The position numbers and the translations under genes were made by a program. The notes below the pieces were generated by a model. That model was not told where the DNA came from. It was given only the letters and a program-made list of their open reading frames with translations, and did not search any database. A stretch of 64,000 bases of DNA from Octopus sinensis (lineage: Eukaryota), in assembly GCF_006345805.1 (NCBI RefSeq), contig NC_042998.1, positions 54,684,001 to 54,748,000 on the forward strand. Reading direction: 5' to 3'. Of the stretch, positions 49,282-61,996 are shown piece by piece. The stretch's first letter is position 1. Each line of letters opens with the position of its first letter.

Positions 49282-50914
49282 CAGAAAACATTAGATAACT
49301 GGAAGTAAATAATGTGTACATACATATGCACACAAATACACAGATATACATACATGAACATCATTATTTCTTAATGTCCTGTGTTCCATACATGCAAAAG
49401 TCTGACATAGTTTACTGAGGCAGATGCTCTATGGTTAGATGCCCTTTCTATCACCAACCTTCACCTGTTTCCATGCAAGGTAATATTTCTTCATGGTCTG
49501 ATGTGTTTCTACAGAATACTGGAAATGAATGACACGGTTCATATGACAGAGACATTCTTTTAAAAACTATCAGAAAGTGTTAAGACAAGAAGATACAAAC
49601 ATACACACATACACATCCTTCAATTTCAGTTTACTGAATCCACACACAAGGCTTTGTCTAGGGTGCTATGCAATGGGACTGACCTCGATGTGGGGGCTGG
49701 GAAGCAAAATTTTTAATAACATAGCCATGTCTGTGCACACACATACATATATGTTTATATGGCTCATATACCCATATATGGATCCATTACTTTATGATTA
49801 TATAGATACACACACAAATACACATGTGAGTGAGTATGCATATGTTTATATATATATATATGTATGTATGTATACACACACACACACACAATCTCACAGA
49901 CCACTACACATTTTTTAAAAAAGGAAACACAACAGGAAAAGAAACAATATTATCACTGAAACACTATCAAAAAGCACAACCACCACCACCACTCAATACA
50001 CAATCAAATATGTCCAGATCTGCTGCAGATGTTCAGTTACAAGATTTGGTAAACATTAAGACAGTTCTTTGATTTTGGTTTGTTCGTTTGTTTTTTTTAT
50101 ATCTTTTTTTTCCCCCAAAGTTCATGTACTGGCAACAGTAACAACAAAAATAAAAAAAATTAATAATAACAATATAAAAATAAAAACAAATGCCTGGAGA
50201 CTTCAAACAAGATATTTAAGATAATGGTAGCGGGAGAAGAGAGAGGAAGAGCAGATGGCGACTGTAACAGTTAATGTCTGAAATGTGGATCAAGCATAGC
50301 TGTGAGGTTAAGCTCGCTTTGCAATCACATGGTTTCAGGTTCAGTCCCATAACTCAGCACTTCAGGAAAGTGTCTTTTACTACAACCACAGGTCAACCAA
50401 TGCTTCGTGACAGAATTTGCTAGACAGAAACTGTGTGGAAGCCCATCAGACCCTCAGGCTAATAACTGCAGAAGATTTAGTAACCTTCCGTATCTGTTTC
50501 CCACAGATATGGTATTTTTACATCTTTTAACCTAAGAGAGAATTTCTTTTCATTCTTCATGGTTATGCTCTGGCACTTGCTACCATCTCTCTCTCCTCTT
50601 TTACTCAACCAATTTATCTATATTCTGATTAATCAACCATCCCATTTATATTCTAATCCCCATCTCTTCTGAGTATGCCTGGCATTTTGCCACCATCTCT
50701 CTCCTACGCTCTCTTGCACTCCCCCCTCAGGTTGAATAACCATGTATCTCCTTTACAGCAGCACACCTGTTTTTGTCCTCATTCTCTCTCTCTCTGTCTG
50801 GGTAATCATGTACCTCCCCTAGAGCAAGATGCTTGTTTCTGTCTCTCTGTCACACTATAACTTTTCATCATCTGACACAAGATTCCCCCACCACCTCCAT
50901 TTCCCCCTCCCCCT

Positions 50915-51250
50915 CTCAAAGGATCCTTGTCTTGCAAAGTAACTTGGTGACGTTGCCAGTGCTGGTGTCACTTAAAATGCATCCAATCCACACTGTAAAC
51001 TGATTGGCATTTGGAAAGGCATCTAGCTGTAAAAACCACACCAAAACTGACCTCACCCATGATTGTGTCATATAAAAAGCACTCAGTTCACTCTGCTGGG
51101 TGGTTGGTGCTAGGAAGGACATCCAGCCATAAGATCTCTGCGAAAACAGACACAGAAGTCTAGCGCAGGCTCCTTCCTGGCCAGCTCGTATCAAACCATC
51201 CAACCAATGCCAACATGGAAGGAGAACACTAACCGATGTTAATGATGAGT
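50915..51250 (+). mobile_element. RTE 3'UTR fragment, degenerate
   Basis: ggatccttgtcttgcaaagtaacttggtgac ... caaccaatgccaacatggaagg...gttaatgatga. Confidence 0.6.
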
Positions 51251-52319
51251 AACTGCAGCAAATTTGCCTTTAGAAGCTGAAATATGTCACAAACATATTT
51301 TCACTAACCTAAAGTTCCCTGAAGCCTAAACACTCCTTGACACTGATACTACTGACAATGTATTGTGTGTGTACGTGTGTCTTTGTTTACTCCACCCCCT
51401 CAGCGCTTGACAAGCTGTGTTAGTTTGTTTATATTCAAGGTATAGTTTACCACAGCTAACCACTCAGTTAACCATACCTTTGCTTAGGAGATGCAACACA
51501 AAAGATTTGGTCATGTCTGAACTTATGACTATGCAGTTAATAGTCCAACACCTTGACACTTTAGCATTTAAACTGGCTAAATTCAGCCCACATATTCTGC
51601 CTGTTTAATGAGTAACCTGACCAGATCTGGCCTCTCACACCTATCCTATAATGTCATTCTAAAAATAAACTATGGCATCACTGAAATGTCAAAGCCACAA
51701 AATAATGCATGGTTAATTCAATTACAGTAAACTTGATTTTACTTAATGTGGAAGCTATAAATAAATACCACCATTAATCAAGTGCTGTTTTTTCTTTCCA
51801 TTCTGTAGGTTGGTGACGGGAAGGGTACCCAGCTGTATAAAATCCACCTCAACCAAATCCCTATCTAAACCATGCAAGTATGGAAAAGTGGACACCAAAA
51901 TGACGGTGAATATATGTTTATTTGTTATTCATTCTGATTCAAACTCAACTCTCCACCCTTCTCATCTTTGATTCAAAAGGTCACAACTACCATGTGAGTC
52001 AACTTACAATGGCCATCAGTGCCCTGCATATTTCTGAGTTGGATTTCATCTGCACTTTCTCTTCAGAATATCTTTGTCTACAGGTATTTACATGTAAACA
52101 TTTAACTGCATAATCTATTCTCTTGGAAGTTATCTTCTTTCACCTTACTAACTTTAAAATCAGGAAAACAAAGTCTTGTATCAAAATCTCATTTCTTCAT
52201 CAGAACATATCGGAGCAATTTCCATGGAATTAAATTCAGTAGAATCCTTAAATTTTACATTAGATATGAGTATTCCACTCATTCTTGAAAACTTGGGTGA
52301 AAGTAAATTTGTTATTCTT

Positions 52320-52625
52320 GACAGGGGAACCTGTAGAAGAGGTAAACTCAGGAAGACATGAATCAAAGTGGTGAAATATGAAATTTGGTTGGTGAGCCTC
52401 ACAGAAGCAATGACAAGTGACCAAAACTTCGGGCGATTTGCTGTGCTCCAGAAGACACGTGAAGCTAAGTGAAATTGTGGCTGTGGTCAGTTCCAGTGAT
52501 ATGGAAAAGGGACCCATGCTGGTGAAATGTAAAGGACACTCTGGATTTAGGAAGGACATCCAGCTGTAGAAACCAAGCCAAAACAGACTGGAGCTTGCTG
52601 CAGTTTTCCAGCTTACCAGCTCCAA
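52320..52625 (+). mobile_element. RTE LINE 3' end
   Basis: GTCRRGKLRKT*IKVVKYEIWLVSLTEAMTSD, then UTR with aggaaggacatccagctgtagaaacc. Confidence 0.7.
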
Positions 52626-53578
52626 CTAAACCATGTATGGCAGGGATCTGTGTGGTAAGAAGTTTGCCTCCCAACCCCACATAGCTTCAGGTTCAGTCCC
52701 ACTGCAGGGCACCTTGGGCAAGTGTCTTCTAATGACTGAAACAAATAAAAGATATATATATATACATATATGTGTAGTGGTAGCTAGGTAGTTGAATGAT
52801 CTCCCTTGCAAAAAAAGATTATAGAGTAACCTCCCTTTCTCAGTTTCTCGAAGCATCAGTGTCATGAGATGTGATTCTTAATTATTCAAGAGGCTTAGCG
52901 TTTCTCTTGGAGGTTTCTAGAATGTCTAGCATTCCATTAATAAAAACAGCTTTCTAACTCTGCTCGTTGCTTCTTAGTCGATTAGACTTAGAGCCACTCA
53001 CATCATTGCTATGTCCATCTATTTCTGTACGTCACATGACTGAAAACCACCACCCAGATGTTATTTCTATATTTCCTATCTCTGAACTTTCTTGCATAAA
53101 TTACTTCATTCAACATGGTTCTACATTTTGATTATGTATCATCATCGACCAGTAAATAAAATATATTTTTATGTAGTAAATATATAGTTCTTAACTTTAT
53201 TCTTCATCTCTATAGAACTCTTATAATAATATACACACAGCCATATCAACACCTGATACTGAATATATATTCCCACTGCATATGTATATGTGTGCATATG
53301 TGTAATTCCTTGTCTTGCCATCACATATTAATTGTAAACAGGTGTCACTGACATACAAACAGTGTCATTCATTACCAGTATTCTGCAAAAACATGTCTGG
53401 TCATGGGGGAAATATCTTGCTTAGAAACAAGTGAAGATTGGCAACAGGAACAGCTCTCCACTTTAGAGAAATTCTGCATCAATAAAATCCCTCTGACCCA
53501 TGCAAGCATGGGAAAGTGGACATAAAAATGATGATGATACTGAAGGAACATAACTAGTCAAAATTTAAATTTGTTACT

Positions 53579-53984
53579 GTGCAGTAAGAAGCTTCCTTCC
53601 CAACCACATGGTTTTTAGTTCAGTCCCACTGCATGACACCTTGGGCAAGTATCTTCTACTATAGACTTGGGTCAACCGAAGCCTTGTGAGTGGATTTGGT
53701 AGACAGAAACTGAAAGAATCCCATCATATATATAAATATATATATAGAGAGAGAGATGGGAAGGGAGAGAGTGTGTCTTTGTGTCTGTTTTTGTTCCCCC
53801 TCCACCACTTGATATCCAGTGTTGATTTGTTTACATCCCCATAAATTAGTGGCTCAGCAAAAAGACACCCACAGAATAAGTACTAGGCTTTAAAAAAAGT
53901 ACTGGGGTCAATTCATTTCACTAAAACCTTTTCAATGGAAAGCCCCAGCATGGCCACAGTCTGATGACTGAAACAAATAAAAGA
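53579..53984 (+). mobile_element. SINE family A
   Basis: ccaaccacatggtt...gttcagtcccactgc...ccttgtgagtggatttggtagacagaaactgaaag...gactgaaacaaataaaag. Confidence 0.85.
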
Positions 53985-54379
53985 TGAAAGTTAAAGGTAT
54001 CTATAATATGGTTTGATATTGTTATTTAATTTGGATTATTGAGATTATTTCAATTTGCTTTAAGGTTATCTAATTTTTACAAAGTATTCTAATTCTTAAT
54101 TAGTCAGTTATGATGAATTGTAGTACTTGACTATCTCTCTTGTGATACTCTTCCTTCTCAACAGTAAAGACCGATTCCATCTCAGTTGATACATTTTCCT
54201 GTGCGGATGACACTAACCTACACTTTCTTCACCTTCAACAGGTAAATGTCATCTAGATGCAACTTAAATGCTTACCATTATATATAAATAAGACCAGAGG
54301 CATGGAATACCTCAAAATCAGACATGTCAAGATGTCTGGAAAGAGGAACTCAACCAACTCATTTAACTGCATGAAAATT

Positions 54380-54763
54380 CTTTTATTTGTTTCAGTCATC
54401 TGACTGCGGCCATGCTGGAGCACCACCTTCAGTCGAACAAATCGACCCCAGCACTTATTCTTTGAAAGCCTAGTACTTATCCTATTGGTCTCTTTTGCCG
54501 AACTGCTAAGTTATGGGGACGTAAACACACCAACATCGGTTGTCAGGCAATGGTGGAGGTACAAACACTGACACACAAACATAGTTCCCATGATTGACTG
54601 CTAAGTCCACAAGTTTTTTCTATTTCTTCTCTGTTTATTTCCTTGTGTTCCTTTCAGTTGAAAAGTGTCAAACTAATACACCTACTTGTTGTTTATACAC
54701 CTGTCTTCGTCTTTTGCTTCTCTGTAAATTACAACTACATATATATATATATATGTATGTATG

Positions 54764-54796
<33 letters not shown>

Positions 54797-54956
54797 GAGC
54801 TTCTTTCAGTAGTTTCTGTCAACCAAACCCACTCATAAGGCTTTGGTTGGCTTGAGGCTACAGTAGAAGACACTTGACCAAGATGCCATGCAGTGGGACT
54901 GAACCCGGAACCATGTAGTTGGTAAGCAAGCTACTTACCACACACCCACTCCTGCA
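54380..54956 (-). mobile_element. SINE family A with ~200-bp foreign insert at its microsatellite
   Basis: 3' half 54380-54585, 5' half ~54795-54956. Confidence 0.8.
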
Positions 54957-55063
54957 CTCTTCCTTCTCAACAGTAAAGATTTATTCTATCAAAACTGATA
55001 CATTTTCCTGTGCAGATGACACTAACCTACACTTTCTTCACCTTTGACAGGTGTCATCCAGAT

Positions 55064-55365
55064 CAGTGCTACTCAAAGTGGTGGTCCACAGACCAGTGCC
55101 AATCCATCAGCCATCAGCTGCTGGAATGTGGCAAGTTTCAAGAAAAAGAAAGAAACATTATAAAACATTGACAAAATGCTTATATAATATTGTATTATTT
55201 GTTTACAAAATAAATATAAGATGAAAAAAATAGTCAACTTTTATTATATTCATTATATATATTGTTTCTGGTATAAATTAACATTACTAAGAAATATTAC
55301 CAGTACCTGGCACACTAGGAATAAAAACTACCGGTACGCCACATCAGATAGTTTGAGAAGCACTG
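55064..55365. mobile_element. hAT (Charlie-like) MITE with 8-bp TSD
   Basis: TIRs cagtgctactcaaa / tttgagaagcactg; flanks atccagat (55056-55063) and atctggat (55366-55373); empty site atctagat at 54251-54258. Confidence 0.9.
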
Positions 55366-55761
55366 ATCTGGATGCAACTTAAACATGTACACATTATTTA
55401 TTTCAAGTAAAATAATACAACCAGTATCAGCAAACACCTCAAACTATAATCTTTTAAAAAAATAAATCCAGTTTTTTTAATTGCACATAGACAAGCATCA
55501 TTTTTACATACACTGGACAACACTACAAAACAATTTTTTTCTTTTCAGCGCTTTGAAAAACAGCTAATTCTTAGGAATTTATTTGGCACATAAGTGAGAA
55601 GGTTGCATCCCAACCAAGTGGTTTTGAGTTCAGTCCTACTCTGTGACACCTTGGGTAAGTGTCCTCTACTATAGTCTCGGGCCAACCAAAGCCATGTGCT
55701 GTGTGTGCACATGTGTGCTTGTCCCCCATTACTACTTCACAACTGGTGTTGGTTTGTTTAA

Positions 55762-55963
55762 CCCTTTAGCATTTAAACCGGCCATATCTGGCCCAAAATT
55801 TTCTATCTGTTTCTACTGACCTCTACACTTGCCTAACAATGTCATTGTAAAAATAAACAATCACATCATTGGAATTTCAAGCTACAAGGCAATGCATGTT
55901 TAATTCAAAGCAATCGGAACAAATATGTATTACATTCAAGAGAGTAATCTGAATGCTAAAGAG
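55762..55963. mobile_element. piggyBac-type MITE
   Basis: ttaa|ccctttagcatttaaaccggcc ... gtaatctgaatgctaaag. Confidence 0.75.
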
Positions 55964-56373
55964 CTATGTCTCTGTAACTTAGGGGCTGATTTGTTTGACT
56001 GAATCCTTCAAGGTGGTGCCCCAGTATGGCCACAGCCCAATAAGTGAAACAAGTAAAAGATAAACAATACTGAAAAGTACTCGTGTGTCTACAATAGTGA
56101 CCATATTGTTCATATGAAAGTGTTAAACCACATCTAAATGTTAGAAGTGAATCATGAAGACAAGCTTTCATCAACTAATAACACCCCTAAACATGCTAAC
56201 TGTACACACCAAAATGCCTAATACACTGAGCTAATGTGGGAGAGTTTACAATATCACTTGATCTGCAAGAAACAGTAGCCAAGTCTCTCTCAAATCACAC
56301 CATCCTAACTTAAAAAAGGAATGAGGTATGAGTATCTCGGATAAGGTAGTCCCAGATACATTATATATCTCTA

Positions 56374-56745
56374 TCTCTATATATATAAAGCTGAAGTTGT
56401 CTGTGTATGGCAGGCTTTGTAGCCTTCAACGAACACTATCTCCTCTGAGACCCTGCAGCGCAAGTTGACTAAAATTGAGAGCATGATAGAAGAAGGCTTG
56501 CTCCTCCTTCCATAGAAGAAAAAAATTAAATTGGACCATGTTAACACAAAAAATTATTTACATAAAAAAAGTGCAATTTTTCTATGAAAATCCCTATTTT
56601 TTACGATTTTTTGACTGTTGTGTTGCCATTTATCGGTGTATTTCAACCAGAAAATTGTTCACTTAAAGAGTGAATTTTTACTTTTCAAAAATTCCAATTC
56701 TAAAGGGTTGAAACAAACCCAAGCAGCGCCAGGCAATACTGCTAG
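56374..56745 (+). mobile_element. Non-autonomous Helitron (same family as 38004-38402)
   Basis: a|tctctatatatataaagctgaag ... cccaagcagcgccagg ... gctag|t. Confidence 0.8.
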
Positions 56746-56844
56746 TCTTAAATAAAGATGGGATGATCAAAACTTGGACACATTTAACTCATAAGTTGAC
56801 CTCGTCAGAGCTGACCTAAGACTAAACAACTAATATTGATTTCA

Positions 56845-57045
56845 AAGTTTGGCACAAGGCCAACAATTTGCAGGGAGGGGTTAATCGATTACAATGATCC
56901 AATTACTCAACTGGTACTTATTGACCCTGAAAGGAGGGAAGGCAAAGTTGACCCCAGCAGAATTTGAACTCGGAACATACAGATGGACAAAATGCCGCTA
57001 AGCATTTTGCCCAGTACGCTAATGATTCTGCCAGCTTGCCATCTT
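56845..57045 (-). mobile_element. SINE family B
   Basis: ggcacaaggcc...aactggtactt...ggcaaagttgacccc...gaatttgaactc...gattctgccagcttgcc. Confidence 0.8.
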
Positions 57046-57106
57046 ACAACAACAACAACTAATAGTCTTTCCATGTTGCACAACAGACCCTATACTAAGC
57101 ACTTAC

Positions 57107-57190
57107 CCAAACCTTCCTCCCAGCAATGAATTCTTCTTGAAATCTTTTCTTGCCAATGGAACTGCATCGGACTGGAAATTTTTCTAGCTG
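57107..57190 (-). CDS. Candidate symmetric 84-nt exon (QLEKFPVRCSSIGKKRFQEEFIAGRKVW or ARKISSPMQFHWQEKISRRIHCWEEGL)
   Basis: ttttttttcatgatag|CAGCTA...GGTTTGG|gtaagt; two open frames; length divisible by 3; unique sequence. Confidence 0.45.
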
Positions 57191-57332
57191 CTATCATGAA
57201 AAAAAATTCAAAAGGAATTAACTGCATTAATATTATCCAGTTAATTCTATCCTTAATTCTGGGAAGACTTCAAAAGATTATGTACACATCCCCCTGTTAA
57301 ATTAACTATTGAGTATTAAGAACTACCTTCAT

Positions 57333-59262
57333 ATAAAGTGATGTTCATAAGTATTCATAACGTCTAAAATAAAACTGAATTTTTTAAACATTCTTATCAC
57401 TAATCAGTTTATTTATTTATTAATCAGTTTATTTAATTATTAATTTATTTTTGCAATGGATAACAATCAAAATTAACAAAATTCAAAAAATTATAGGACG
57501 GCATGTGTGCAAAATTATTCATAACATTTTGTTTAATAACTATTTTTGCTTAAAAATTAATTCAAAAAGGTTAAATAAGCTATTAAAAATGAAAAAAAAT
57601 ATCATAGGCGTAAGAGTGGCTGTGTGGTAAGTAGCTTGCTTACGAACCACATGGTTCTGGGTTCAGTCCCACTGTGTGGCACCTTGGGCATCTTCTACTA
57701 TAGCCTCGGGCCGACCAAAGCCTTGAGTGGATTTGGTAGGCGGAAACTGAAAGAAGCCCATCTTATATATGTATATATATATAAATGTATGTGTGTGTGT
57801 ATATATGTTTGTGTGTCTGTGTTTGTCCCCACAACATCACTTGGCAATCGATGCTAGTGTGCTTACGTCCTCGTAACTTAGCGTTTCAGCAAAAGAGACC
57901 GATAGAATAAGTACTAGGCTTACAAAGTACTGGGGTCAACTTGTTCGACTAAAGGTAGTGCTCCAGCATGGCCACAGTCACATGACCGAAACAAGTAAAA
58001 AGAGTATATATGTAACAATTGATAATTGTTAGTAAAACCTTAATATTAGTGTACACATGATTTGTACATGTGTCAATACTGTGGACATTTATTCCTTGCA
58101 ATTTCAGTTACTATATAAGAAATGATGACACGAAAAAGATCAGTGTTGACCTAAGTAAAAAAATTGTGGAAGTTTACATGTCTGGTGATAGACACAGGAA
58201 GGTTTATGAATGATTTTCTTTAAAGTACTGACTATTCAATCAATTATTTAGAAATATCAAACTGATGGTTGTATGACAAACTCATGCAAAGGCTGGTGAG
58301 ACAAATAGAGCGTGAAGCAAAGACAATTGCAAAAGAGGTCAGTCAGTAGATTGGGCAGCTGAGTGTAAATGCTTCATTATTAACTGCAAGGAGGGCATTG
58401 TGGACATTTGGGCTTCACAAGTGCCAAGCAAGAAAATCCTCCACATTAAGGCTTGACTAAACTATGCAAAAAACACGTTAAACAAACTTGCTCAGTTTTG
58501 GTCAAATACTCTGTGGTCCGATGAGACCAAAATTAAGCTTTTTGGCCACAACAAGAATGCCACAGTTTGGTAGAAATCTGGACAGGCTTTTCAACCCAAA
58601 AACATTTGAGAGAAATTTAATGTTTTGGGAGGTGTTTTTCAACAGCCGACCCAGGATGGCTATTTTCATCAAAGACCAGATGCAAAAGAGGATTCCATCA
58701 AAATATTAGACAAGAATCTTCGAGTATCAGCAGAAAAATTGAAGCTTCATGACAGTTGGATCTTTCAATAAGATAATGATCCAAAGTATACATCAAAATT
58801 AGCAACTGTCTGACTAGGCAAAGATGATATCGCTGATTGGAAATGTTTGGTGCCATTTCAAAGCTCAGATTCAGAAAAGATGCTCAAAAAATCTTAACAT
58901 TTTAGAGACAATTGTCAATGAGAAATGGACAAAAATCAAAAAAAAAAAAAAATATGCTGAGTTAGTTCCTAGTTATGCAAAAAAAATTAAATATGGTTAT
59001 TCATAATAAAGGCTTCGCAATTAGTTATTAAACAAAAGGCTATGAATAATTTTTCACACATGCCGTCCTATAATTTTTGGAATTTTGTTAATTTTGATTG
59101 TTATCCCATTGTAAAAATAAATTAATAATTAAATGAAACTGTGCATATTAATAAAGTATAAATAATGTACAAAAGATATTACAAACTGATTAGTGATAAG
59201 ACAAATATTTAAAAAATCAATTTTATTCTGAGTTTTATGAATACTTACAAACAACACCAGTG
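57333..59262 (+). mobile_element. Tc1-like transposon remnant with long (~200-bp) terminal inverted repeats
   Basis: Inverted blocks aagtattcataa...cttatcactaatcagttt...aaaaattataggacggcatgtgtg at both ends; internal FWSNTLWSDETKIKLFG, WIFQ*DNDPKYTSK and IGNVW motifs; many stops. Confidence 0.85.
57605..58004 (+). mobile_element. SINE family A, full length, nested in the Tc1 remnant
   Basis: taggcgtaagagtggctgtgtggtaag ... aaacaagtaaaaagag. Confidence 0.9.
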
Positions 59263-59774
59263 TGTGTGCATATATATATGTACACACACAAAGCTTGTGA
59301 GAATGAGCGCTCAGCACTGCATTGGTGGATAAATATTCTTTATTTGTGGTTCACTTAAACAACTGTGGAAATCTCCTTCACATAAAACTATTGGTTGCCT
59401 TGTTAAACCACAAACAAAGTCTACATATATAAATATATCTATAAATTTAATGCACAATATAGTTTTATCTCATCTGGTGGTATTCACAAAAAAAGCTTCT
59501 TTAGTGGACAGGCTACAAATCACATATTAAACCAATACATAGAGGTGTAATTAGAGCCATATACAGCTGAAATCCAGTAAATCCAATTAGTGGAGATTAT
59601 TTCATGAGGAGTATATGGAATATAAAGTCAGGAGGTATGAGATGAATATATTTATTTCACTAATTGAAATATGTTTTTTCCATGATGTTGGTTGTGAAAT
59701 GCTTATCATGGCTATCAACTGGTGAAATATATTAATTTCATATCACTTAACTTTCTTTATATATATATATATAT

Positions 59775-60022
59775 ATATTATATTAAATTAGAGATAAAAC
59801 CACTATTAGGCAAATCATACAATGAAAAACTTAAGCCAATACATAAGATTAATTAATTTATATTATTTTAATATATATCAAAATTATTAAAAAAAGATAA
59901 TTTTTTAATAATTTTGATATATATTTAAAATAATATAAATTAATTAATCTTATGTAATGGCTTAAGTTTTTCATTGTATGATTTGCCTAATAGTGGTTTT
60001 TATCTCTAATTTAATATAATAT
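59775..60022. repeat. Long palindrome (~120-bp arms, ~3 differences) within a (TA)n-flanked insert (~59770-60110)
   Basis: atattatattaaattagagataaaaccactattaggcaaatc... mirrored by ...gatttgcctaatagtggtttttatctctaatttaatataatat; centre near 59895-59900. Confidence 0.97.
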
Positions 60023-60107
60023 AATATTTTACTATAAAATTGGATTCAATCCTAAATCTGATTTATCTCTGTAAGTTTGGATTTATTCCCTAATATTTTA
60101 TTATTAA

Positions 60108-60149
<42 letters not shown>

Positions 60150-60153
<4 letters not shown>

Positions 60154-60542
60154 TACAGGAGTGGCAGTGTGGTAAGTAGATTACTCACCAACCACATGGT
60201 TCTGGGTTTAGTCCAACTGCCTGGCACCTTGGGCAAGTGTCTTCAACTAGAGCTTCAGGCTGACCAAAACCTTGTGAGTGGATTTGATAGACAGAAACTG
60301 AAAGAAGTTTGTGGTATGCATGTCTGTGTGTGTATACACAGACACACACGTTTGTGTTTGTCCACACCATCGCTTGACAACCAATGTTGATGTGTTTACA
60401 TCTCCGTAACTTAGCGATTCAGCAAAAGAGACTGATAGAATAAGTACTAGGCTTACAAAGAAAAAAATCCTGGGGTCGATGTGCTCAACTAAAAGGAAAT
60501 GCTCCAGTATGGCTGCAGTTAAATGACTGAAACAAATAAAAG
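60150..60542 (+). mobile_element. SINE family A, full length
   Basis: taggtacaggagtggcagtgtggtaag ... gactgaaacaaataaaag. Confidence 0.9.
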
Positions 60543-61479
60543 AATACACACACACAATAGTAATTTAGAGGGAGGGAAAAAGCAGTGTTCAGGAGTCTTG
60601 CAAGCCTCCCGCACTAGCAAGTTTGACTTAGCTGGTATCTTAAACACTTGTGAGTTGGTTTCCGCAGGAAAAATTTTGAATGGGAAGAAAGGGTTGGGTA
60701 AACGTTTGATGTAGATTGGCAAGGTGAGATATAAAAAAGGGTGATGAGAAAAGAGACAAGAAGGCCTGATTAGAAATGATATGTAGATACCTAGTTTAGA
60801 GTAGAAATAGAAGAGGTGGGAAAAGAGGTTGATAGAAGCATTTGAGCAGTCATGTGCTAACTGCAACTTGTGCAACTTTCTGAATGACATGCCTAATGAA
60901 GAATTACCCTTGAGTTTTTTTTTTTTTTAGCAGTGTGGCCTGTCTGATGATGACCCATGTCTCAAGCAGCCCACTTCTCAAAAACTGTTGCTCATGCCTG
61001 TGTTAGAGCATCAAACAAAATGCTTTCTAGTATTTATTCTAGCTTCTTGGATTCCAAGTTCAGATCTCACTGAGGTCAACTTAGCCTGTCCTCATTCCAA
61101 GAGACTGGTGGGGTCAATAAATAAAAGTACCAGTCTAGGTTAGAGAAGTGGCGTAATTACTAGAGCATTAGATAGGTTGCATTGCAGTATTTGTCTTAAC
61201 TCTTTGTGATCTGAATTCAAATCCTACCATGACCTAATCCGTTGTTCAGTTTTAATACCACCAAGCTGGACCTTGGGTGCCTTTAGCAGAGTCCATTCTG
61301 TGGCAGGCTTTCAGACCAGGTCTCCAGTTTGAGGATACCTTTCTCCATCCCTCCCTTCCATCAGTTTCAGAGGCCCTTGGATTATAGGTGCTACCCTTTT
61401 TCCTGACTAAGCGATAAAAAGGTAAAAAGACACAAGAAACACCATCTGCAGGCACAAGTCAGAGCAAGGTTGTTTATAG

Positions 61480-61720
61480 AAGACCAGCAGTTGCCCATGC
61501 ATACCATTTTCCCCTCTCTTTGCCACTGATGTTATCCAAGGCAAAGGTTAGTACAGCTTAGCACCAGTTACATCGCAACTCATTTCTACAGTTGAGTGGA
61601 CTGGAGCAATGTGAAATATAGTGTCTTGCTCAAGAACACAATACAGAGCCTGATCTGGGAATTGAACTCACTACCTCAAGATTGTGAGCCCGATGCTCCC
61701 ACTACAAAGCCATGCACCTT
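61480..61720 (-). mobile_element. SINE family C
   Basis: cagttgagtggactggagcaatgtgaaatatagtgtcttgctcaagaacacaa...gccatgcacct. Confidence 0.75.
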
Positions 61721-61781
61721 ATGGAGATCACTAGAAAAGACCATCAGAAATAAAGAGACCTCATGTTTATAATGACTTTAA

Positions 61782-61996
61782 CCCTTTAGTATTTAAATCG
61801 GCCATATCCGGCCAAAATATTTAATCTGTTTTATGTTCAAACTGACCAGATCCAGGCCCTCACACCTACCCTACAATGTTATTCTACATGAAGTAATTAC
61901 ACCATCAAGATCTTGAAGATATGAGATAATGCATGATTCAAATCAATGGGAATCAATAAGCATTATGTTTGATAGAATAATCTGAACACTAAAGGG
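61782..61996. mobile_element. piggyBac-type MITE, complete, both TTAA intact
   Basis: ttaa(61778-61781)|ccctttagtatt ... aacactaaaggg|ttaa(61997-62000). Confidence 0.85.
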
